64,000 bases of DNA, taken from Verrucomicrobiota bacterium (GTDB taxonomy: Bacteria; Verrucomicrobiota; Verrucomicrobiia; Limisphaerales; Palsa-1400). The notes below the pieces were generated by a model. It worked only from the letters and a program-made list of their open reading frames with translations. It was not told where the DNA came from and searched no databases. The DNA lies in contig JBEKYR010000001.1 in the NCBI GenBank assembly GCA_049510745.1, positions 1-64,000 on the forward strand, read 5' to 3'. The position numbers were made by a program, and so were the translations under genes. Positions 21,528 through 30,341 of this stretch are shown here, one piece after another. Numbering within the stretch: the first letter of the stretch is position 1; each line of letters begins with the position of its first letter.

Positions 21528-22943
21528 GTGAAACTGCCTGATTCATCATCGTCCGCCGGAAGGAAGGTCGTGGTTGCCACCGTGCTGGTGGCGGTGGTCT
21601 TGGTGCTGGGCGTTGTGCTGCCGTCCCGCTTCCTGAGCCTTGGAACAGCGCCGCCGGCGACGGCCCCGGCTGGCCCCACCCGATACCCCGCGCCGCCCGG
21701 CACGGCTGCTCTGGCCCGACTGCGGGCGCACGCGGGGCGGAAGTTGACGGCCGAGCAGGTTGTGGCCACGAAGCTCACGCGGTTTGCCAAAAAACATCGC
21801 GCACTCGTCCACAGGATCGCCGATCATTATCACCTGGCGGTGCCTTCGGACGTGGACCGGTTCTTCGCCGCGGTTGAAGCCGGCAACTGGGAAGAGGCCG
21901 AGAGGATTTATAAGACTTTGCGCGACGGCGAATACAACGGGAGTCCGCGCTCTGCGGACCTGCGGAAGTTCTGGCGGCCCATCCTGGAGGCCTACGGCGC
22001 GGCCGAAGAAGTCCATTCGTGGCCTGCGCAACAACTGCTGGATTACGGCAATTCCGTTCTTGGCTCTCTCCGGCCCGGCATGGTGTACGTCGGCGGCACC
22101 GATCCGGGATGCTTCATCCCGACCATGCTTAACGAAACCACCGACGGCGAACAGCACATCGTTTTCACCCAAAACGCCCTCGCCGACAGTTCGTACATCG
22201 ATTACGTGAACTTCCTTTACGGCGACCAGGTCAACATCCTGACGGCGGACGACAACAAAAGCGCCTTCGACCAGTATTCCGCCGACGCGAAAAAACGCCT
22301 CGAACACGACCAGCAATTTCCGGACGAACCGAAACAGATTTTGCCGGGCGAGGACCTCCAGATGGTCAACGGCTCGCTCATCATCCACGGCGTCACCGCC
22401 GTCATGGCGATCAACGAGGTTCTTCTGCAGGATTTTCTGCAAAAGAACCCGGACCTTTCGGTGGCAATGGAAGAATCCTACCCCCTCAAATCCACTTACG
22501 CCGGCGCGGCTCCGCTGGGTCCGATCATGGAACTGGGCGCCAACGACGGGGCCAGCGCCATCACCGCCGACACCGCCGCGCAGACCGCCGGCTACTGGGA
22601 CTCCGCCGCGCAAAACCTGCTGTCCAATCCCGAGGCGGCCGCCTCCGACACGGTGCTGAAAACGTACTCCCACGAAGCGGTGGCCGCGGGGAATCTTCTT
22701 GCCAATAATAATTATTCGGACGCCGCCGAACAGACCTATCAAACCGCGCTCGACCTTTGGCCGGACAACCCTGAAGCGGCCTATACCTTCGCGCGCTTCC
22801 TGGCCGGCCAGGGCCGGATGGATGAAGCCAGGGAAATCCTGGATACAATTGTGACGGATGATCCCGTCCAGGCCGCGGCGGTTGAGGCGGTGCGGGGAAC
22901 TCTCAAAGCCGCGCCAGGCCAGCCCTCGCGAGCCGTTCCGTAA
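21528..22943 (+). CDS. Membrane-anchored extracytoplasmic protein homologous to the soluble domain of DUF2723-type proteins, with C-terminal TPRs
   Basis: N-terminal hydrophobic anchor; GGTDPG, TQNALAD; RLEHDQQFPDEPKQILPGED...AVMAIN...EESYPL aligns with the gene at 62520-63998. Confidence 0.75.
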   Translation: MKLPDSSSSAGRKVVVATVLVAVVLVLGVVLPSRFLSLGTAPPATAPAGPTRYPAPPGTAALARLRAHAGRKLTAEQVVATKLTRFAKKHRALVHRIADHYHLAVPSDVDRFFAAVEAGNWEEAERIYKTLRDGEYNGSPRSADLRKFWRPILEAYGAAEEVHSWPAQQLLDYGNSVLGSLRPGMVYVGGTDPGCFIPTMLNETTDGEQHIVFTQNALADSSYIDYVNFLYGDQVNILTADDNKSAFDQYSADAKKRLEHDQQFPDEPKQILPGEDLQMVNGSLIIHGVTAVMAINEVLLQDFLQKNPDLSVAMEESYPLKSTYAGAAPLGPIMELGANDGASAITADTAAQTAGYWDSAAQNLLSNPEAAASDTVLKTYSHEAVAAGNLLANNNYSDAAEQTYQTALDLWPDNPEAAYTFARFLAGQGRMDEAREILDTIVTDDPVQAAAVEAVRGTLKAAPGQPSRAVP

Positions 22944-23058
22944 CCGCCTCAAACTTTGGCGATGTGTTCATTCTGTTGAGCATAGGGTGAAGTCAGTGGA
23001 CGCGGGGCACCGCGGATATGGGTTCCCGAACGGCCGCTGAGGATTGGGGGCAACCGTT

Positions 23059-25161
23059 TCAGCCCACGGGCGCGGCGGACGGACGGCAGGGTTTCGCCAG
23101 GAGCGAACGCAGTTTGTCCAGGAGGCCATTCGTATCGTAGGGCTTGCGCAGGAGATGCCGGTGCAAGGCCCGCGGCAACGGGGGCCATTGGTCGGAGGGC
23201 AGGTCGCTGCCGACGATCATGGTGGCGCCGGGATCGAATTCGTGAATCGCGCCCGCCACGGTCTTGCCCCCGGTGGTTTCCACGGACGCGTCGGCCAGCA
23301 CCGCGCCAATGTCTTCCTGATGACGCCGGTAAAGCTCGAGGGCTTCCGCTCCATCGGCCGTGGCCAGAACGCGGTAGCCGCTGGCGGTCAAAATGGTTTC
23401 CAACAGCCCGCTCAGGAATGCGTCCTCCTCCACGACCAGGAGCAGTTCGCCATTGCCGCGCGGCGGTTCGGGCAGCGCGCGCTCCGGGCGCTCGGCCGGG
23501 ACCGCGTCCGTCGCGGGGAGATAGAGGGTGAATTCCGTTCCCTGGCCCGGCCCGCTCTTGACCTGAACGGTTCCTCCGCACCCGGTGACAATGCCGAGCA
23601 CGGTCGAAAGGCCCAACCCCGGCCCTTTGCCAATGTCCTTGGTGGTGAAGAACGGATCAAAAATGCGATCCAAATTCTCCGGCGCAATGCCGACGCCCGT
23701 GTCGGCGACGCGCCAGACGACATACCTGCCGGGGTGCGCGTTGGGAATGGCCGCGGCCGCGCCGGCCTCGAGCACAAGGTTGCGCGCCTCGAGAGTGAGA
23801 GTGCCGCCGCCGGGCATGGCTTCGCGGGCATTGGCGCAAAGGTTCATCAACGCCTGATGCAGCTCGGCGCTGTTGCCTTCGATGATCCACAGGTCCTTCG
23901 GGGCGGAGAACTTCACCCGGATCGTTTTCGGGAATGTCTCGGCCAGGAAGGCCGCCACCTGCTGGAGGAGGCGGTAGGTGTGCAGGGGCGCCTTCTTGCT
24001 GGAGCCGCCGCGGGAGAAGGTCAAAATCTGTTTGACGATGTCCGCGCCGCGGGCGGCGCCCTGCTCCATGTTTTCCAGCAGGGAAAGCGTGGCCTCGTCT
24101 TGAATCTGCGCGCGGAGCAAGGGGCCGATCATGAGGACGGGCGCCAGGACGTTGTTGAGGTCATGGGCGATGCCGCCGGCCAGCGTGCCGATGCTGTCCA
24201 TGCGCTGCGCCCGGAGGAATTGGGCTTCCAGCTCTTTTTTCTCCGTGATGTCGGTGTTGATGACGAGCATGGCCTGGGGTTGGCCCTGGCTGTCGCGCAC
24301 CAGGGTCCAGCGGCTTTGCACCAGGACGGGCTTGCCGTCTTTGGCCACGTGGCGCAACTCGCCGCTCCATTCGCCCCGGTCGAGGGCCAGCCACGCTTTT
24401 CGTTCGTTGTCCCGCGCCGTTTGGCCGTCGCAGTAGCGGGTGTCAATCTTGACGTTCATGACCTCGGCCGCCGTCCAGCCGTAGAGGCGTTCGGCGCCTT
24501 TGTTCCAATAGCGCACGCGGCCCTCGAGGTCCCAGACGATGATGGCGTCTTGGGCCAAATCCAGGAGGCGGGCTTGTTCGCGCAGGCAGGCATTGGCCTG
24601 GACCAGTTTGACGGTTCGCTCCTGCGCCAGTTTGTCCAGATAATCGAGTTTGAGCAGGGCTTCCTGGTGCCAGTGCCACTTGCCGGTGAGGGCATTGGCC
24701 AGTTGCAGGACTTCGATGGTGTCGAACGGTTTTTTGAGAATGACCAACTGATCCTCGTGGCGCACCCGCGTGAGCATTTCCGCCAGCGAATAGTCGGAAT
24801 AGGCCGTGCAGATCACCACCTCCAGGTCCGGGCAGGTTTCCCAGATGCGCACGGTGGTTTCGATCCCATCCCATCCGGGGGGCATCCGCACGTCAATAAA
24901 GGCCAGGGCGTAAGGGCGGTGCTGTTGCAGGGCTTCCTTGACGCGGGCCAATCCTTCCTCGCCTTGAAAAGCCGAATCCACCTCGAACGTCGGCAGGTGC
25001 CCCGGCCCGGCTGCCGCCCCAAAGAGCAGCTCCTCCGTCGCCGCCATCGGCGTGCCAGCGCTGGGCGGCGGGCAAAGGATCTTGCGGAAATCCTCGTGGA
25101 GCGACGGGTTATCGTCCACAACCAGAATCCGATGATTCTTATGGCAAACTAAATCGTCCAT
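23059..25161 (-). CDS. Hybrid sensor histidine kinase (REC-PAS-HisKA-HATPase-REC)
   Basis: ILVVDD...DVRMPPGWDG; YWNKGAERLYGW PAS domain; GIAHDLNN; DTGVG, DPFFTTK; degenerate C-terminal REC. Confidence 0.92.
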   Translation of the reverse strand: MDDLVCHKNHRILVVDDNPSLHEDFRKILCPPPSAGTPMAATEELLFGAAAGPGHLPTFEVDSAFQGEEGLARVKEALQQHRPYALAFIDVRMPPGWDGIETTVRIWETCPDLEVVICTAYSDYSLAEMLTRVRHEDQLVILKKPFDTIEVLQLANALTGKWHWHQEALLKLDYLDKLAQERTVKLVQANACLREQARLLDLAQDAIIVWDLEGRVRYWNKGAERLYGWTAAEVMNVKIDTRYCDGQTARDNERKAWLALDRGEWSGELRHVAKDGKPVLVQSRWTLVRDSQGQPQAMLVINTDITEKKELEAQFLRAQRMDSIGTLAGGIAHDLNNVLAPVLMIGPLLRAQIQDEATLSLLENMEQGAARGADIVKQILTFSRGGSSKKAPLHTYRLLQQVAAFLAETFPKTIRVKFSAPKDLWIIEGNSAELHQALMNLCANAREAMPGGGTLTLEARNLVLEAGAAAAIPNAHPGRYVVWRVADTGVGIAPENLDRIFDPFFTTKDIGKGPGLGLSTVLGIVTGCGGTVQVKSGPGQGTEFTLYLPATDAVPAERPERALPEPPRGNGELLLVVEEDAFLSGLLETILTASGYRVLATADGAEALELYRRHQEDIGAVLADASVETTGGKTVAGAIHEFDPGATMIVGSDLPSDQWPPLPRALHRHLLRKPYDTNGLLDKLRSLLAKPCRPSAAPVG

Positions 25162-25372
25162 TGGCACAGCGCGGCATTCGTGCTGTCCGTTCATTATCGG
25201 CGGGTTTTCGCGCGGGCTTAAGCGCAAATTCCAGCCTTTGGGAGGCTGGGCCAGGGGCGGCGTCCGGGGGTATCTGGCGGCATTTGGTGGAATTTGCTTT
25301 TCGGACCTCATTTTTGGACTTCATTCTTGTTTTCATCGCGGCTTCCCTGCGGTAGAATCCCCGGCGCCAGTC

Positions 25373-27079
25373 ATGCGAGATGTTCCTCATAAATTGGCGG
25401 TCGCGCGCGGCGAACTTCCCGCCGAGCTTGTTTTCAAGAACGCCAGACTGGTCAACGTCCTGAGCGGGGAAATCCATCCCGCCACCATTGCCGTCGAGGA
25501 CGGGCGCGTCATCGGCCTCGGCGATTACAAAGGGCGCCAGACGATCAACCTGCGGGGCGCTTATGCCGCTCCCAGCCTGATCGACGGCCATTTTCACATC
25601 GAAAGCTCCCAATTGACCGCCCCGGAGTTCGCCCGCGCCGTCGTGCCTCACGGCACCGGGGCGGTGGTGATCGACCCGCACGAATACGCCAATGTCCTCG
25701 GCCTGGACGGGATTCGTTATGTGCTGGAATCGAGCAAGAATCTGCCGGTGGATTTTTTCATCATGCTTCCTTCCTGCGTGCCTGCCACGCCGCTGGAGAC
25801 GGCGGGGGCGCGCATCACGGCGGATGACCTGGCGTTGATGATCGCCGACGAGCGCGTTGCCGGCATCGCGGAGTTGATGAATTATCCGGGCGTTTATCTC
25901 GGCGCCGAGAGCGAGCTGGCCAAGATCGCCGTCGGCAAAGGCAAGGCCGTCGATGGCCATGCGCCCGGCCTGCGCGGCAAGAATCTCAACGCCTACGCCC
26001 TGGCCGGCGTCCGCTCCGATCACGAATCGACCGAGCTGGCCGAGGCGCGCGAAAAGATGCGCCTGGGATTGCACCTTTTGCTGCGCGAGGGCAGCACCGA
26101 GCGGAATCTGGCCGCGCTCCTGCCGTTGCTCAACGCCCACAATGCTGTCAATTGTTCCTTTGCCACCGATGACAAGCTGGCCAGCGACCTGGTTTCCGAG
26201 GGGCACGTCGATCACGCCGTGCGGCAGTCCATCCGGGGCGGGTTGCCGGTCATGACGGCCCTGCAAATCGCCACCATCAACACCGCCCGCCATTACCGTC
26301 TGCACAACCTCGGCGCCCTCGCGCCCCGGTATTGGGCCGATTTCATTGTCTTCGACGATCTCAAAAAATTCACCGTCCGCCAGACTTACAAGGGAGGCGT
26401 TCTGGTGGCCGAGGAGGGTGAATATCTGGCAAAAAACCCTCCCGCCGTGGCGCTGCCGCGCAGCACCATGAACCTGCGCTACCGCGCCGCGGACCTGGTC
26501 GTCAAATGCCCGCGTCCCCGGAAGATGAAGGTCATTGAAATCATTCCCAACCAAATCGTCACGCGCCGGCGGGTGGAAATGGCCAAAGTGGAGCAGGGCT
26601 GCGCCGTGGCCGATTTGGAACGCGATCTCCTCAAGCTCGTCGTCGTCGAGCGCCACCGCGCCACGGGCAATGTCGGCGTGGGATTTGTGCGCGGCTTCCA
26701 ACTCAAGGACGGCGCGCTCGGCTCGACCGTCGCGCACGACGCCCACAACGTCGTCGTGGTCGGAACCAACGACGCGGACATCTGCCGGGCGATCCAAGCG
26801 CTGGAAGAATTGCAGGGCGGGCAAGTCGCCGTCCGCGGCGGCCGGGTTCTGGCCGAGTTGGGTCTGCCCATTGCGGGCCTGGTATCCGACCGCCCGCTGG
26901 CCGAAGTCATCGCGCGTCTGGAGGCGCTCAATGCCGCGGCGCGCGCGCTGGGCTGCAAATTGAACGCCCCTTTCATGGCCCTTTCCTTTCTCAGCCTCTC
27001 GCCCATTCCGGAATTAAAATTGACAGACCAGGGGTTGATCGACGCCGTCCAGATGCGCAAGACGGCTCTTTTCGTTTGA
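25373..27079 (+). CDS. ade: Adenine deaminase
   Basis: IDGHFHIESS, DPHEYAN, DGHAPG, SDHE, REGS, ATDD, STVAHDAHN. Confidence 0.95.
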   Translation: MRDVPHKLAVARGELPAELVFKNARLVNVLSGEIHPATIAVEDGRVIGLGDYKGRQTINLRGAYAAPSLIDGHFHIESSQLTAPEFARAVVPHGTGAVVIDPHEYANVLGLDGIRYVLESSKNLPVDFFIMLPSCVPATPLETAGARITADDLALMIADERVAGIAELMNYPGVYLGAESELAKIAVGKGKAVDGHAPGLRGKNLNAYALAGVRSDHESTELAEAREKMRLGLHLLLREGSTERNLAALLPLLNAHNAVNCSFATDDKLASDLVSEGHVDHAVRQSIRGGLPVMTALQIATINTARHYRLHNLGALAPRYWADFIVFDDLKKFTVRQTYKGGVLVAEEGEYLAKNPPAVALPRSTMNLRYRAADLVVKCPRPRKMKVIEIIPNQIVTRRRVEMAKVEQGCAVADLERDLLKLVVVERHRATGNVGVGFVRGFQLKDGALGSTVAHDAHNVVVVGTNDADICRAIQALEELQGGQVAVRGGRVLAELGLPIAGLVSDRPLAEVIARLEALNAAARALGCKLNAPFMALSFLSLSPIPELKLTDQGLIDAVQMRKTALFV

Positions 27080-27099
27080 GGCCGGCGCCTGGGGTTTTG

Positions 27100-27552
27100 T
27101 CACCCTTGGCCGCCTTTGACTTCCGCCGCCTGGATGGCCTCCATCAGGACGTGGATTTGGAAGGGTTTCCACACGATCAACCCCCGGACTTTGCGGATGA
27201 ATTCATCGACCTTGCGATCGCCCTGGTGGCCCGTCATAAAGACAAAGCGCTTGCACAGGTGCGGTTTGACGCGCTCGACCGCCACATAAAACATGTCCCC
27301 GGCCAGATTGGGCATGACCATGTCGCATAAAATCACCGAATAGTCATTGACCATCACCTTTTTGATGCCCTGCACGCCGTCGGCGGCCCATTCCACTTCA
27401 TAGCCCTTCTCCTCCAGTTGGAGCCGCGTCATGTCGGCAAAAGCGAAATCGTCATCCAGGATGAGGACCCGTTTCCGCGCCGCCCAGCGGGCCACCTGGT
27501 CGAGGTCATGCGTCTTTTCCCCGAAGGGAGGAGAATAGGTCTTATCGCTCAT
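27100..27552 (-). CDS. Single-domain response regulator
   Basis: LILDDD, CDMVMP, FMTG, WKPF. Confidence 0.88.
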   Translation of the reverse strand: MSDKTYSPPFGEKTHDLDQVARWAARKRVLILDDDFAFADMTRLQLEEKGYEVEWAADGVQGIKKVMVNDYSVILCDMVMPNLAGDMFYVAVERVKPHLCKRFVFMTGHQGDRKVDEFIRKVRGLIVWKPFQIHVLMEAIQAAEVKGGQG

Positions 27553-27662
27553 ATTAGGCTGCACACAGTCACTACTCTCAAACCTGACTCGAAAAATGTC
27601 AAATCGGCCCGGGCGCAAATCAACTCTCGCCAGGCCCTGGAAAAGCTGATAGAGGGTTTGCG

Positions 27663-28151
27663 ATGCGCTCGCCGCCGACCGCCCAGGACCTGGATTTCAT
27701 GCAATTGGCCATCCGTCTGGCCGCCGAACACATGCGCGCCCGGGACGGCGGGCCATTTGGCGCCGTGCTCGCCCGCGGCCGCAAAATCATCGCCCAAGGC
27801 TGGAACCGGGTCACCTCCGCAAACGATCCGACGGCGCACGCCGAAATCACCGCCATTCGCGCCGCCGCCGCCGCGCTCGGCACCTTTCAACTGCGGGGCT
27901 GCGTGCTTTACACCAGTTGCGAGCCGTGTCCGATGTGTCTGGGGGCCGCCTATTGGGCGCGGCTGGAGCGCATTGTCTTCGCCGCCACCCGGCACGACGC
28001 CGCCGAAGCCGGTTTTGACGACGAGGAGATTTACGCGGAACTGGCCCGTCCGCCGTTCGCGCGCCAACTGCCCATGCAACAGGCGATGCGGGACCAGGCG
28101 GTCGAGGTTTTGGCCGAGTGGCGCCGCCTGCCGGACAAAATTATTTATTGA
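27663..28151 (+). CDS. Nucleoside/guanine deaminase (cytidine-deaminase fold, GuaD-like)
   Basis: GGPFGA, DPTAHAE, SCEPCPMC, AGFDD. Confidence 0.9.
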   Translation: MRSPPTAQDLDFMQLAIRLAAEHMRARDGGPFGAVLARGRKIIAQGWNRVTSANDPTAHAEITAIRAAAAALGTFQLRGCVLYTSCEPCPMCLGAAYWARLERIVFAATRHDAAEAGFDDEEIYAELARPPFARQLPMQQAMRDQAVEVLAEWRRLPDKIIY

Positions 28152-28270
28152 CTCGGAATACACCATACACCATACCGGCCTTGCGTCAATGGCGTTGTCG
28201 TCCGCCCGCAGGACGGGGGCGCATCCCGGTCTTTGGGAACCATGTTGTCAATGAGAGTTCGTGGTTCGTA

Positions 28271-28465
28271 GCAGACAGGCCCAAAAGAATGACGAATGCC
28301 TAAGCTCTAATGACGAAAGAATGACGAAGCACGAATGACGAAATTCATGCGCGTGCGGACTTCGTCATTAGTCATTTGAGCATTCTTTAGTCATTAAGGT
28401 TTCGTCATTCGTCATTTCCCCCGGTGGATCGATCCTTGCCCTCCGGCAACATCGACCAGTGTCCA
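28271..28465. repeat. Dispersed ~200-bp element, copy 1: AATGACG-type heptamers facing CGTCATT-type heptamers
   Basis: Repeated aatgacg units followed by repeated gtcatt units; inverted homologue at 42759-42955. Confidence 0.85.
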
Positions 28466-28487
28466 GGAAGATGCCCCCGCCGGCCGC

Positions 28488-29330
28488 TTACTCCATGAAC
28501 TGCGGATGGCGCCGCAGCTTTTCCCAACTCTCCGCCGAAAGATGGGCTTGTCGGTACACCGGCCCCGACAGCGGCTCGGCGCTGCGGGAGTGGCGCGCCC
28601 GTTGCAGCCATTCCCGCGGCAGCGGCTCCGCCAGCAGGCCCGGCGTGTTGGCCGCGATGGTCGTTTGCTCCTTCTCTCCGGTGGCGCGCCCGACGCCCAC
28701 AAAAAATCCCGCCAGCAACAGCGTCACCCGCAGCATCGTGCTCCGCGAATAAGTCGGCATCGCGCAGGGCCGCTGCGGATCCAGGCAGCGGAACAGATCC
28801 GAAAAAAGCGGCGCCGTCCACATCGCGGGATTTTTGGCGGGGGAAAAGGCGTCAAATAAAATCGCGTGGGGCGGCGGGGCGGGGCGGGGATCGGCGCGCA
28901 AGAGTTCGGGAAAATCGCCCTGCCGCAATTCCCAATGCCCGTGGGGCAACGCCGCGCGGCCGGTGGCGAGCAGGTTCGCGGCCGTCTCTTCGTAGCCGGA
29001 GAAATAGCCCAGTTCCGCCGTGTGCCGCAGGGCGAAAGCCAGCGGCTCGACCGTGCGGTCGAAGCTGATGACGCGGAGGTGGCACGGCAAATCGGCGGTG
29101 GCGCGCAGCACGGTGAGGACGTTGGCGGCGGCGCCCAGGCCGACGTCCCAAATGACAAACTCGCCGGAGTGGGACTGCAACCGCCGGCGCAGTTGGAGTT
29201 GATCGACGTAAAGCTCCTGCGCCTCCGCGACCGGGCCGATCACCGGATGAAACGTTTCGCCTTCGGCCAGCGAACGGATGCTGTAGGCGCCGTTGGCCAG
29301 GCGGACCAGTTGGTAATTCTCCGCGCTCAC
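28488..29330 (-). CDS. MnmC/MnmD-like SAM-dependent methyltransferase (tRNA mnm5s2U34 family)
   Basis: ETFHP..G...EA, WDVGLGAAAN, GDF, FDAFSPAKNPAMW, TYS. Confidence 0.8.
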   Translation of the reverse strand: MSAENYQLVRLANGAYSIRSLAEGETFHPVIGPVAEAQELYVDQLQLRRRLQSHSGEFVIWDVGLGAAANVLTVLRATADLPCHLRVISFDRTVEPLAFALRHTAELGYFSGYEETAANLLATGRAALPHGHWELRQGDFPELLRADPRPAPPPHAILFDAFSPAKNPAMWTAPLFSDLFRCLDPQRPCAMPTYSRSTMLRVTLLLAGFFVGVGRATGEKEQTTIAANTPGLLAEPLPREWLQRARHSRSAEPLSGPVYRQAHLSAESWEKLRRHPQFME

Positions 29331-29441
29331 GAGGCCAAGGATGCGCCAGCGCGGCCAAAAAGTCCCTGCCAAACGGCTATTGCCCGAATCCTGAGCGACT
29401 TCGTGGAAGCGACCGCCCCGGTCACTGTCGCCAAGTTGGGG

Positions 29442-30341
29442 TCACTGCGGCGGGGCGATGGCGGCGGTGATATCGCTGAATAAGGGGAGCAAATAGTCGG
29501 GAATATATCCGCCCAAGGCGCCGGGATCATCACCGAAAAGGCTGGTCGATTGACTGCCATATTGGTCTTGCTGAATATCGAGGCTGAAACCGCCCTTGGC
29601 GTGATGAACGACGGAGATGGTTTTCGGCGTCTTTCCAAAGTGGTTGAATTGTTCATTGAGCCAATCCTGGGCGCAGTCATTTATCAGCGCGCCCCGTTGC
29701 TGGCCCAACGTTTGTTCCAGGGCTTGCGCGAATTGCTGCTCAACCTCGGCGCCCGCTTCGGGCATCGCGTTGATCCGCACCGTCACCGTCGGGCCGTCGG
29801 GCTTGACGTCCGCCAAGGGCGGGTCCAGGCGTTGGGCGTTGGAGACTTCCAGGGCGTGATAGTTGGAGAGCAACTGCGCGACTTGCCGGCCCAGAGCGCG
29901 GCGCGAGTCTTCATCGACGCCAAAGATGGCGGCGGCGTCCTCTCGCATTTCGCCGTTGCGATTGAAGATCGGCGGTTGCAGTTGGGCCACAAATTCCTTC
30001 GGCAGCCACACGTAAGGGGAATCGGGATTCCATTCCGGCAGGGACGCGGGCGGCAAGGCCCAGCGGCTGGAGGGATCGATCCTGGCCAATTCCCGTTCCG
30101 CCTTTGCGGCGGCGGCGCCAGCCTGGTCGCGCGCCCGGTTTTGCGTCCGTTGCCGCTGCCGGGTCGCGTTCAACTCAGCCTCGGCGGCGGCGATGCGGCC
30201 CTGCAATTCCGCCAGCCGCGTTCGCGCCGTGTCCAGGTCGCGCCGGCTTTGCTGCAAACTGAACTGGCCTGGAATCCAGAAAGCCAGGGCCGCGAGGAAA
30301 ACCAGCAGAGGCGGAATAAGATGGCGCGGCGCGAACTTCAT
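29442..30341 (-). CDS. Membrane-anchored hypothetical protein paralogous to the C-terminal domain of the adjacent ECF sigma factor
   Basis: N-terminal TM, coiled coil, then W..DSP...LPK, NR.G, L..Y.A.E and LG.QRG.L motifs shared with 30338-31954; ATGA overlap. Confidence 0.75.
   Translation of the reverse strand: MKFAPRHLIPPLLVFLAALAFWIPGQFSLQQSRRDLDTARTRLAELQGRIAAAEAELNATRQRQRTQNRARDQAGAAAAKAERELARIDPSSRWALPPASLPEWNPDSPYVWLPKEFVAQLQPPIFNRNGEMREDAAAIFGVDEDSRRALGRQVAQLLSNYHALEVSNAQRLDPPLADVKPDGPTVTVRINAMPEAGAEVEQQFAQALEQTLGQQRGALINDCAQDWLNEQFNHFGKTPKTISVVHHAKGGFSLDIQQDQYGSQSTSLFGDDPGALGGYIPDYLLPLFSDITAAIAPPQ

Noticed and set aside
28271..28465. Heptamer tracts as a CRISPR array
   Set aside because: Units are 7 bp, irregular and inverted around a centre; there is no 25-45 bp repeat/spacer periodicity and no cas gene
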